Source: Somniosus microcephalus (lineage: Eukaryota). Taken from it: DNA of 64,000 nucleotides. Below are positions 52,941 to 64,000 of this stretch, piece after piece. Below the pieces are notes generated by a model. It made no database searches and was not told the origin of the DNA. It saw only the letters and a list, made by a program, of their open reading frames with translations. The stretch is taken from assembly GCA_052327205.1 (NCBI GenBank), contig CM126217.1, forward strand, positions 38,564,001 through 38,628,000, read 5' to 3'. Within the stretch, counting starts at the first letter, position 1, and each line of letters starts with the position of its first letter. Both the position numbers and the translations under genes were made by a program.

Positions 52941-53766
52941 TTTACTTCTTTAGTTGCCATGATTAAGAAAAATGTTTATTTTCCAGTTACTGATCAAAAA
53001 ACATTTACTTTGCCATCTCAAAGGAGATCTCTTAAAAACTTCTTTGCAAAATCTCTTTAGATATATGCACCCCTCCCTCACACCCACCATTTAATGAGGG
53101 AAGAGGTCTGCAGGGTTGTGGCAGGCAGTACAATCTGCTCATCAAGTACCAGTGAGTGAAACCAAGGGGGCACCCACACACCCAGCCACCCCAGAAAGGG
53201 CTTCAGAGATTCCAGCCTGCAGCGAGCTGGGACTCAGTGGAGTGAGAGTCAGGTTCCCAGAGAGTTACCTTCAGGTAATCAGTCATGCTGCAGAAATGCC
53301 AATGACTGACTCTGCTCGCCCTCTGTAGCACGAGAGTATGCGCAACGCACATGCAGTTTAAATTGTTTATTAATATGCATAACTGCATGCAGTTAGAAAC
53401 AAACAAACTGACCATGGTGGCTGCTGGGAATACAGAAAGACTTGTAGAAATTGAACAAGGCTGCAATCGAGGAGCAGATTTCTCAAAGCTCAACACATGG
53501 TGCAGCAACCTTGGTTCACCGAGTAATAATTAAACTCTATCTGAACGTCTGCATGCAAGCAACAGAGTTCCAGACCGGCAGAAGGGATTTGTGAAGTTCT
53601 ATACATAGACTTTTTTTTAAATAAGAAAGTGAACACAGAATAGTGAGGTACAGCTGCAGCAGCTTTTCTGTTCCAATATAAATGTGGTCGTCTGACTTAA
53701 GGACCTACAAGCTCATGTGATGCTTTCCCAGTCATATGTTCCAGTGGTCGCACAAACTGACCACTT

Positions 53767-54216
53767 GTGTCAGCTGTGGCTCAGTGGGTAGCACACTCGC
53801 CTCTGAGTCAGAAGGTTGTGGGTTCAAGTTCCCACTCCAGGGATTTGAGGACATAAAACTAGGCTGACACTCCAGCGCAGTGCTGAGGGAGTGCTGCACT
53901 GTCGGAGGTGCCGTCTTTTGGATGAGACGTTAAACCGAGGCTCCGTCTGCCCTCTCGGGTGGATGTAAAAGATTCCAAGGCACTATTTCAAAGAAGAGCA
54001 GAGGAGTTATCCCCGGTGTCCTGGCCAATATTTATCCCTCAATCAACATAACAAAAACAGATTATCTGGTCATTATCACATTGCTGTTTGTGGGAGCTTG
54101 CTGTGCTTCCCACATTAGAACAGTGACTACGCTTCAAAAATACTTAATTGGCTATAAAGCACTTTGGGACTTCCTGAGGTTGTGAAAGGCGTTATAAATA
54201 ATGCAAATCTTTCTTT
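53767..54216 (+). mobile_element. Full-length DeuSINE (SacSINE1-like)
   Basis: tRNA head (tggctcagtggg, ggttcaagttcc), Deu core, L2-type tail. Confidence 0.9.
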
Positions 54217-55480
54217 TGAACAAGAGAAAAATGCGGTGGACCTCGTAAGTAGAAGTAGATGGCTTTTGGATTTGATTTGATAGTATATTAAGTTTAAATT
54301 AAAAAACACAACTTTGCTTTAAAAGGAAAAATTGCAAAAAATAAAAAAAGTTTGTATTATGTACAAACTGATATTGCACCGAAATTCACAACAAGTAGGT
54401 TACAAATTTGTTTTGAATTGCCGGGAAATAGTGGCCTACACCAGGGATGTCTGAACAGTGGCTCCAGGCCTTGCAAACAAGCACTATTTGTTCTTAAATT
54501 TTTCATTTGCTGGCTTCTTCGACTTAAATTTTGTGAGCCTGGCAGTTTAGAAAAGTTGTGTTTAGCACTGTTGCCTCTTTGGTAACTAAATTTGAAATCA
54601 GAACAGCAAGATTTGTTCCCCTAGCAACTGGAGATAAATGCAGACGATTGGGAACCTGGATTAGAACTTTATATGTGGCCCCGGAGGCTCCATGGTAAAC
54701 CAATGTGGCTGATGAAGACAAAAAGCTCAGGCAGCCTGGCATACACCATAGCTACCAATCAATTTAGTACCCAGCCATTACTGATGTGCGTACCACAGAC
54801 AACCAAACAGGCACCAACGGATTTCTTCTTGGGAGACCAGACCAAACTAAACATTCAGTTCTTTTTTTAAAGTGACATCAATTATCAGCTTCCTTAAATC
54901 CGGTGCAATAAGCAGTTCGACAATGGAAATCTCCCTCAGGAATAATTCAAGATGCTGCCTCATGGCAAAGGCTATGCAAAATAAACCAAATGAGAATCAA
55001 ACAGGAAGATGTCAAAGCAAAAGCTCGCATCTATCGCACGGTTCAGACCTGGAAGGATGGGTAATCGCTGAAGGTACATTTCAATGCAAAAGTAAAATAA
55101 TGAGGATGGGGAATAGGGATGTTTTTACATTAGGAATAAATTCCAGAATGATGCCGTTGGACATAGTAAGCATCCTGAAGTATTCCTTTGAATTGGTACG
55201 TTACCCAAGTGATAATGGACACATGTACACTGTTGGCAAGACACTATAACCAACTACAGAATAAAATAGATATACTGGTTTGCCAGATTCTTCACAGGCC
55301 TTACAGCCATTCATGTGCAGAACACGTCCCTATAGAGATACAGATAGAGCTCTCGCAATTAGCCATGCTGTAAACCTTTGCAGGCATTCCGATTGTAGAT
55401 TCAAATCCCATCCTGAAAACTCCACCACAGGCTGTGCTGGCACACAAGACGGAGATGCCCTCTCTGCAATGACCATGTAA

Positions 55481-55530
55481 TGTAAGAAGTCACACAACAC
55501 CCCAGTCCAACACCAGCATCTCCACACCAC
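55481..55530. mobile_element. 50-bp Penelope family A mini-insertion with internal inversion
   Basis: 20 nt in one orientation plus a 30-nt tail in the other; 10-bp TSD gaccatgtaa (55471-55480 and 55531-55540). Confidence 0.85.
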
Positions 55531-56649
55531 GACCATGTAAGGGAGGATGCTGCATATTTTTTTCTTACTTGAAACCTAGTTGAAGAATAATCAATCCATT
55601 TTCAGTGAAAAAGTTTTAACCTTCACTCTGCTGAACAGGAGCTCGATAGATTTACACAACAAATAGTGTAACTCACATTTTCACTATTACTGTGTCAAAC
55701 AGAAGCTCCACAGGGTCAGCATAAATACTACAATTAATGACCAACAACTAATTTGAAAATCAAAAACTGATCCTTGTATTGGCTTTAGGACAAAGTGCAT
55801 TTCTGATATTTTCCTTTGGTCACAATGTCACTCAAGAAATGATGTTACACCAGTATATCACATCATCTCTTTTCAACACCTCACAACTCCCCATTAGCCC
55901 AATAATCCCATTACGATTGCATTCGAAAGCTGGAGGACAGGTGCACATGACACTGATTAGCAATGAAGCACAATATCATCTTACCACAGAGCAACATCCC
56001 AACTAAGTCACAAAAGCAGCCTGGCTATGGGAAGTTGTAAAAGATTAAGAAACATTTATTAGAAGGTTTAGTAAGCGGGTGTACCTGGTTCAGCTGAAAA
56101 GTTAATTTTTTTCCTTTTTCATTAAAACGGCCCTTCATAAGTCTCTGAAGGGGGCCTCAGTAATAATGTCATGAAAGTTGCTCCCCAATCTGGCATTTTA
56201 ATATTTGTGACTATTTAAGGGCCAATTTCCTGATCTACTGCTTGGGGAGTGACCTTGTGCCCACAGAGTGGCAGCAGCGCTGACGTGGGCAGGTAGGTCT
56301 GCGTGCAAATAGTGCCACAAGCTGGGTTCGTCGATCCCAAAAAGGCCAAACAGCCTCTAGGATAGACACTTGAAAGGGGCCTTTATTTAAGAGGTGACTG
56401 ACTAGATGGGGAAAGTCGCATTTCCAGATTTATTTTAAGAAACTTGTATTATTGCCACTTGTTCTACTGTTTTCTGCAGTACAGGATTCCTTCTGCACTG
56501 ATCGCCAGCCACAGTATTTGTGCTACCAATTGCTGCCAACTTCAGCTAAAACCATACTGGTCATGCAAGCACTCCATTGGGTCTGCTGATGGCTGTCCTG
56601 GAATTGAGAGGCATGGCAGAAGGAAGAGGCAAATACACTGGCATCTCAA

Positions 56650-57473
56650 GGGCTGGATTTTACTCACTGAGACATGTTGGGGGCAGGATTGCTGCCTTCC
56701 AGGTTCTAGTCGGGCCCCCAGCGACATCCGACGCACAGACGCTATTTTCCCGATTGGCCTTGTTAAGCCTGCCCTGCGGGCTTGCTAGCCAATTAAGGGA
56801 AAGCCAGTGTCAGATGATGTCAGTTGATGACGCTTCATCTGCCGGTTTTCTTAAAGACACATGAACCATAAATCTTTGACAGATGATTTGAGTGTGTTTG
56901 ACAGCATGGAGGTGCTGTCAAACACAATCACTGTACACAGGTGAGCCCTTGCACCTAGGCTCTCCAGTGAGTCTCTCCTTAGGATGAAACAGATGGCAGC
57001 TGCAGGTGAGGGTACAGAAGCGATCTGTCACTTCTCCCGTTGAGGTGAGGTGAGGTGAGGTGAGGCCACACAAACACTTCAAAGCTCATCACCTACAGAA
57101 AAATCTAAACACATTAAAAATGACTTTCCGAACATTTCCTTACTCTGATATTCACCAGTGTCCCACTGCATCCTTCACACCACTTCTGCAGCTGTCACCT
57201 ATACACCAACATAACATATTCACAGCACGCCTCACTTACCCTGGTGGGGTTCCCAGACGTCGGGAAGCCCGCAGAAGTCTAAAAATTGGAAAAAGCCTGT
57301 TAACAGACAGTTAAGTGGCTATAATACTCTTTCCGCTGCTAGGAGTCAGGTCCCTGCGCAAATCGGGGACCCAACTCCTGGAAAGATTGGTTGGGAGTGG
57401 GTTCGGGACCCGCTCCCATTCTTTTTGACTTTCCCAGCAGTCCCACCTCCTCAGGGCTGGTAAAATCCAGCCC
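56650..57473. mobile_element. Harbinger-type non-autonomous element
   Basis: Perfect TIR GGGCTGGATTTTAC / GTAAAATCCAGCCC; flanks CAA and TAA. Confidence 0.78.
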
Positions 57474-58920
57474 TAAGTGTCTGCAATCTAATTGGCCGAG
57501 GAACAATGTTCTCCGAACCATACCCTTAGCCATCACTAGTTTGTGACTTATTGGGGCACCTCTAGTCTTGTATGCCAATGCCGTTTGTTCATATACAGAA
57601 CAGCATTGGCATGGAGCACAAGGAGCACCCCAATGAGGAGCCAGCATTTCATCTGGGTTGAAAGATGGAGTACAAAGCCTGCAAGTAGCTTGAGGAGTCA
57701 CAATGAGGTGAAGGTGGCCTTTGCTTTTGCCTGCCACTAATTGGAACGGGGACATCAGATATTGTGTTTATGGAGTGGAAAATGCAAGTGGTGGGGCCCG
57801 TGCTTTGCAGGCTGCATTGTTGATGTAGAGCATATTGTTGCTGAAGTACTTGTTGCATGCACAGTATAGGCATTCCTTTCCTTTGAGCAAGAACATTTTA
57901 TTCAAGCTTTAAACACTCCTTAGCCTGGAGAATTTTATTCTCCATTTACACCCATACCCTGTGCACATTTAAGACTCTGTTGACCATTTCGTGTCCATTC
58001 CTTTCAGCTCCAAAAAGGTGCCTATTTTTCTCTTTGCAACCACCGCCAGTGGGATTTCGAAGCTTCCTTCAGGTGTTGTTGCTGCTCCCCCAGGCATCTT
58101 CACTTCCCCAGTCAGGATTCTTGAAAATAAATGCTGCCTCCCTTTAAAGTGTAGCAGTCCATAAAGAGCTGCTGCACCACAGATACCCCCATCAGACACA
58201 GCATTCACACTGTGCAAAGCATGATCAGATTTGAATGTCAATTTTACCAAAACTGACATTGTTTGCACACTAGACAATATATCACTTTCAGTGCACTTAT
58301 ACTAATTATTTGAATTAGTTAACCCCAGGAGATACAACAAGGTCAGCCAGCCACTCCTACACCAAGGTTATCAGGCTACCGCACTCCCGCCAAAACTTTT
58401 ATTCCATCCAGCATATTGCATTGAGTGCATCATAACAGTAGAATCAATAGACCATAGAAGACAGATTGACTCTTACTCCCTGAACAAATTGCTTTTTTGA
58501 AGAGTTAAATCCATTTTGCCTCCAAGTGGTCAGCAAGCCACATACAGAGAAACAATTCAAGCAACCCATTTATTAAGTGCTGTAGAACCATCAGGAACAT
58601 GCACCAAAGTGCAAACACAAACACTGTCCCTATCCATCCTGAATATCTACTGCTTAGAAGCCAAACATACTAGTTTGATACAAAATGTTCCATTTCTACC
58701 CTTCATATAACTCGTATACAGATCCTATGCCTCACCAGTACCCTCTTGATCAATATCACTTGCTCCACAACTGCAGTGCTTGCCCATTTGCACATCCAAT
58801 TTTTACAAATCCATGATAAAAGAAAGGACACCTTAAATGCTTCCCAACATGAGTCATTATAAAGTTGGAGGTTGAAAGATTCACACTGTCTAGTGTGCAA
58901 ACAATTTCAGCTTGGGTATA

Positions 58921-59247
58921 CAGGAAACTTTCGATTAACCAGCCCCTAAATAATCGGAACGCTCTATCCACCGGCAAAATTCAGGAGTCGGTTCAGGTAA
59001 CTTTTTTTTTTTTTTACTTTTATTACTTTTTTTACTCCATTTGTTGCTGTGCAAGGGTGTAGCTGAAGCTGTTGCTAAGCTACAGAGATGCTTGCAACTT
59101 GTGCCGATTGTTTTGAAGCTGTTTAAGCAACAGGGTATACGGAGCTCTGAGCTCCGTATCTTTTACTATAGCGTTCGGTTATCCGGAATTGTTGATGAAC
59201 CGGCACCACGTCGGTCCCTTCCGTGCCAGATACCAGAAAGTTTCCTG
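58921..59247. mobile_element. Tc1/mariner (Tigger-like) MITE
   Basis: 12-bp TIR CAGGAAACTTTC / GAAAGTTTCCTG flanked by TA on both sides. Confidence 0.8.
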
Positions 59248-60702
59248 TATTTAGCATTCAAACCTGATATTTGTGTTACTGCTCACTGCGAAAAGCGTAA
59301 CATTTTAAGAATAGATGTAGCATTCAGAGGTAGGGAACAAGGATCAAAGTGCCACACTTCGCGGGCTCACACCCGCACATTATTTCTTTCTGCGCTTGCC
59401 GTGGCTAATGTACGAGAAACTGCAGCAGAAATGTTATTAAAATGGACATCAAAATTGCGTTTGTGGAGTGTCCACTCTTTTTAAGCTTTAATTTGCCTGA
59501 AATCACCGATTCATTTTACTGGCCTTACATGCTGATAACTGCAAGTTCAGACTGAATATAATTAGCACAATGTGGAACAAAAGAATGAATTGGCATGTTG
59601 ATTGGATGGTGGGAAACATGCTGAGTCAGGGATATTGCACAACTGGCTGAATGTCAATACAGAGGTCAAAGGCCACATGCTCTTTCTAAAAGCACTTCTG
59701 TTCCTTTTGTAACTCTCATGTGTCATGGACAATTTGGTGCCGCCTGGTCCCAGTGCTCTGCCAAATCAAGAACAGCCATGAGGAAGTGCTTGAGCCCAAC
59801 TTCAGAAAGACTAATCATTTCCCCTCAATGGAACAGTGCAAAGCTTCCCTTTAAAAAGAACAGGTTTTGTTCTCAAAGAAAAACACAGCATTTCTGTGTG
59901 TGGTGGGGTGGGGGTGGGGGGCGATTAGAGCATAGGGGAGGTTTTAACTTTTCACAAACACGTGTTATCCTACAATACTACACTGAATAGTTAAGCGATT
60001 TTATGCCTCTTTATGTCAACACTTGACGTGGTGGAATGGCATAAGTTGGAAGCCTGGGACATCTGCAATACAACTGTATAAGGAAGCGATGAATGGGGAG
60101 TAATCTAAAAAGGACAATTTGCTTACACCAGTGTTGTCCAATAGAAATCACTGACTAACCACAGGTGTGGCTACAGTGACACCATTTCAACCACATGCAC
60201 TCATTTTAGTAGAAAATGCCTTACATACACTAACACAATACAGGTAAATGCATTTCACATGTGTATGTTTACTTAACATCTACCACCATTCAGTAACCAA
60301 GGAAGTAAAGCACTCAACGATCAAAAAACACTGGCACACTCTGCTTTTCGTCTTACCATTTTACCAACAAATGCACAAAAAGGTCAACATACTTGCACAT
60401 ACGCTGTGTGAATAGGAGTAGTGAGGTTACATGCCCAGCAGTGACGGTGTCTTATTATTCGATTTTTACTTACTAATCAGAAATGCAATCCACCACAACT
60501 GGATTCCCAATTCGCCACAAAGGCTGGTGGCTAACACATTGTACAACATTGACTTATATTGCAAGGCTCAATATCAACCCACCATCCCACTGCCCCCATT
60601 GTCTTCTGTGTATAGTACTCACATTGCTTGTACATTATGGTGCCAAAATCCAATAAACCTGCAGTGGTTGGAAAGTTCCTTGCCAGAGACAACCTGTAGA
60701 TT

Positions 60703-60884
60703 GTGCATGAAGACCCCTGCTCTAAACAGTGAGTGCATGAAGACCCCTGCTCTAAACAGAGAGTGCATGAAGACCCCTGCTCTAAACAGTGAGTGCATGA
60801 AGACCCCTGCTCTAAACAGAGAGTGCATGAAGACCCCTGCTCTAAACAGAGAGTGCATGAAGACCCCTGCTCTAAACAGTGAGT
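60703..60884. repeat. 30-bp tandem repeat, 6 copies
   Basis: gtgcatgaagacccctgctctaaacagWga; the single variable base reads T,A,T,A,A,T. Confidence 0.97.
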
Positions 60885-62154
60885 ATCAGCTCAAATTTAA
60901 AGCAACAGACCAGTAATTTGATCAAAATAGCTTATTGGATTGCCCATCACAAACTGAGTAATTCATGTTTCCTAATAGAATAGCCCTAATTTTTTTTTAA
61001 ATCCGTTATGTTTGCCCTACAGCCAGCTTCTCACAATGCTTGTGTGAATGAGGTGACCTATTTTAGAGTTTCTAAAAGAAAAAGTGCTTTGAAAGTCAAA
61101 AATATTTCGTCAAATTAAAAATCACCATATGCACCCCAAACAGAAGGGGCAGGAGGCACATGACCTGGGTTCGAGTCTCTTCTGATGCTCCTGCTGCCAG
61201 TTTCTCAGCTACCCTCCGATGAGATTGCCAGATTTGACCATCAAAAGACCTCCAATGCTCTGCTACTCAACGGGCAACTTGCTGGAAATGTAGTCTAAAA
61301 AAATAGTTGAACTGCATTAAACAAGAGGAAGGATCTCACTTTGCTTTGCCAGGAAAGGAAAGCCACTGTAAGCAGAAAGATAAAATGTTTGAGCAGAGAG
61401 GAAGATTCTGTCTTCCATGAAACAATTTCAAAGCAAAATAAAATAGACCCCCCGCATACTTTGTCCTATAGTGAAACCATTGCACAGCAATGCAAAGAAA
61501 ATTAAATACATTTGTAGCAAGGGCAGAAATAACCACATCTTGGTGAGAATCCTGAATGCAGTCCGCAGGATCAGCCACTACAGTACAACTGTCCATTAGA
61601 TCTTCATTGAGTTCACTCTGACCCCATTTACTCAACTGCTCTAAATTAGGAGAAATGAGTCAACAACTGTCCAAAGCACAATTCAAATAAATATAGAAAA
61701 ATAAATTGGGAAGAAAACAATGTGGGAAATTTGTTTTTTTTTGCTAATCTACCACTAAAGGATTAATTTCTTTGCAAATAATTTGTTGACAAGGCAAAAT
61801 GGCAACATATTATGAACCCTGATAAGTAACGACAATAAATATAGAGATATATAATTTGAGGTATATGTAGAAGTAATAAACTGAGATCTCTCAAGATAGT
61901 CATCACCCTTAACGGAGTTCAGAGACAACTATAGCTGATTATCTGCTGGTATTCTGGTAACTCCGACTGGTCACCTGAAATGAGGCACAAAAATCAAGGA
62001 CATTGTTTTTCTATTCACACCTTGTTGCATCTAATAAACAAATGGAATCAGCCAAGTTTGTGGAACAAGCATAGTAAAATTTTTACTATGTCAACTTCTG
62101 AGTACAGGGAGAAGTGGAGAATCTGCACGTAGTTCAAGTACATATGAGATAGTG

Positions 62155-62440
62155 CGATAGCAAAATACTGCAGATGCTGAAATCCGAAATAACAGAAAAT
62201 GCTGGAAAAACTCAGCAGGCCAGGCAACATCCGTGGAGAGAAAATAGAGTCAACGTTTTGGGTGAAAACCCTTTATCAAGACTAAAGAAGCACAGGAAAT
62301 GAAATAGATTAAGAGGCCAGGCTGGGAGAGAACAAAAAAAAGAGACATTAAGAGGTATTCAAAACGAGACGAGATGGTGATAGGACTAGTGGAGACAAAA
62401 GACGGCTCTAGATTAGGTGTGAAATGCGCTGGATACTTTG
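62155..62440 (-). mobile_element. Penelope family B-like 3' end, no inversion
   Basis: cgatagcaaaatactgcagatgctgaaatccgaaataacagaaaatgctgg shows the tail and body contiguous. Confidence 0.8.
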
Positions 62441-62612
62441 GCTCATTTACCTCATCCTTCCAAAGGAACCTACTGTTGTACACCATCACTGCATCCAACT
62501 GCCCTTAACCAATTCCCCCATATTTACCTCCACAACCCAACCCAGAAGGCTAATATCTGCATAAAGTGCTTCCTGAGCTCAGTCCTAAACTGACCATTTA
62601 TTAATTTGTATC

Positions 62613-62975
62613 TGTGTCAGCCTTGGCTCAGTGGTAGCTTTAGTGCAGTACCGAGGGACGGCAGCATCGTTGGAAGTGTTATCAGTCAGAGGAGACCTTA
62701 AATCAAGGCTCTGTCTGCCCTCTCAGGTGGACATAAAAGAGCAGGGGAGTCCTCCCATATCAAAGCCAATATTTAGCTCCCAACCAACAGCACTAAAAAA
62801 AAATTATCTGGTCATTTATCTCATTGCTGTTTGTGGGACCTTGCTGTATGCAAATTGGCTGCAGCCTTTCCCTACATTACAACAGTGACTATAGTTCAAA
62901 AGAATAACTTCATTGGCTGTGAACCACTTTGGGATGTCCTGAGGTCTGTAAGGCACTATATAAATGTAAATTCTC
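62613..62975 (+). mobile_element. Degenerate DeuSINE (SacSINE1-like)
   Basis: tgtcagccttggctcagtggtagc head, partial core, tail ggcactatataaatgtaa. Confidence 0.8.
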
Positions 62976-63134
62976 TCTATGTCCTACAATCATGGTTTAA
63001 CTTGAAAAATGTTCTAGATTCATCTTTTATATTCTGCTCAGTCTTGAATAGCTCTCAAATATTCCCTCATTCTCCTCTTTTCAATATTTTTTCCTAAATT
63101 TTTCTAACCTTTCCTCAAAACCCAGTCCACTGCT

Positions 63135-63790
63135 GTTAGGGATCAGCCTTGGGGCCCTTCTCGACTGCTTCCGAGGCTTGACGGTTTCCCTCTTGCCTCA
63201 GTGACCAGAACCGAACACATCAGAACACTATACAGCTTCAGCTTGATGCCACAAACATATAATCTACTGATTTGATAATAAAAGCACAGCATGCTGTTTG
63301 CTTTGTTGATTGCACCTGTGCAGGGACTGGACATGATCAATGTTGACCCCAACATCACTCCCAGTCCCAGGCCTCTCATCATCTCTCCTAACCAGATCAA
63401 TGCCATTTGGTAATCATGGATCCCATTTGTTCTCCCAATCTGCAACACCCTGCACTTATTGGCATTGAATAACATTTCCCATAGTTATGCCCACTTCAAA
63501 ATTTTGTGCAGGTCCTTCAGTAATTCTTTGGCTGCTTCATCAAGTCCCGCCCCCCCCCACCCACACACATACCAATTAATTATCATAAATTTGATTGAGT
63601 TGTATTGCATTTCTGAATCTAGGTCAATTATGTCACTTCCAAGTTTTACACTGCCTTAAGCTTGCATAGTTTGCTTTTCATGCAGGTCTTCATCAAAAGG
63701 CTTTGTGGAAATCGAGAGACACTGCATCCTAGAGTTTTCCATCGTCCACTTGGGATGTCACTCCCTCAAAGTCCAGGAGGCTGGTCGAGT
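63135..63790 (-). mobile_element. Old CR1-like LINE remnant
   Basis: MLFNANKCRVLQIGRTN, AINKANSML, DFHKAFDE. Confidence 0.7.
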
Positions 63791-63799
63791 ACGAGCTCA

Positions 63800-64000
63800 C
63801 CTGTCTGCGTGGGAATGTAAGTTGTGAGGAGGATGCAAAGAGGCTTCAAGGGGATATAGACAGGCTAAGTGAGTGGGCAAGAACATGGCAAATGGAATAT
63901 AATGTGGAGAAATGTGAAGTTATCCACTTTGGTAGGAAAAATAGAAAAGCAGAGTATTTTTTTAAATGGAGATTGGGAAATGTTGGTGTTCAGAGGGACC
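63800..64000 (+). mobile_element. CR1 LINE fragment running off the window
   Basis: CEEDAKRLQGDIDRLSEWARTWQMEYNVEKCEVIHFGRKN. Confidence 0.9.

Noticed and set aside
57190-57300. Strong minus-strand donor (AGG|GTAAGTGAG) as KIAA0930 exon 1
   Set aside because: It lies inside a TIR-bounded transposon, and the upstream sequence does not resemble the KIAA0930 N-terminus.
60703-60884. 30-bp repeats as a CRISPR array
   Set aside because: The units are contiguous with no unique spacers, there are no cas genes, and the context is a vertebrate intron.

Overview
Vertebrate genomic DNA, very likely from a shark or other elasmobranch (HE1 V-SINE, SacSINE1-like DeuSINEs, CR1/HER1 LINEs and shark-type Penelope repeats). 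One host gene is present, a KIAA0930 (C22orf9) ortholog on the minus strand. Nine coding exons (46004 down to the stop at 7813) splice with GT-AG sites and consistent phases into a 1142-nt frame. The first coding exon was not found and probably lies beyond 64000; a TE-poor 7.8-kb stretch is probably a long 3' UTR. The introns hold a young, nearly intact Mag-clade Gypsy LTR retrotransposon (25264-30491, 5-bp TSD), CR1, L2 and Penelope remnants, Harbinger and Tigger-like MITEs, SINEs and minisatellites. Highlights: (i) two families of short Penelope-derived inverted-repeat insertions with TSDs that carry minimal hammerhead ribozyme motifs; (ii) two decayed tandem copies of the exon 4 acceptor and exon start; (iii) a 96-bp templated inverted duplication at a CR1 5' junction; (iv) an unusually long GC-rich leader in the Gypsy element. 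All calls were made by eye, with no searches run; exon numbering assumes one missing upstream coding exon.
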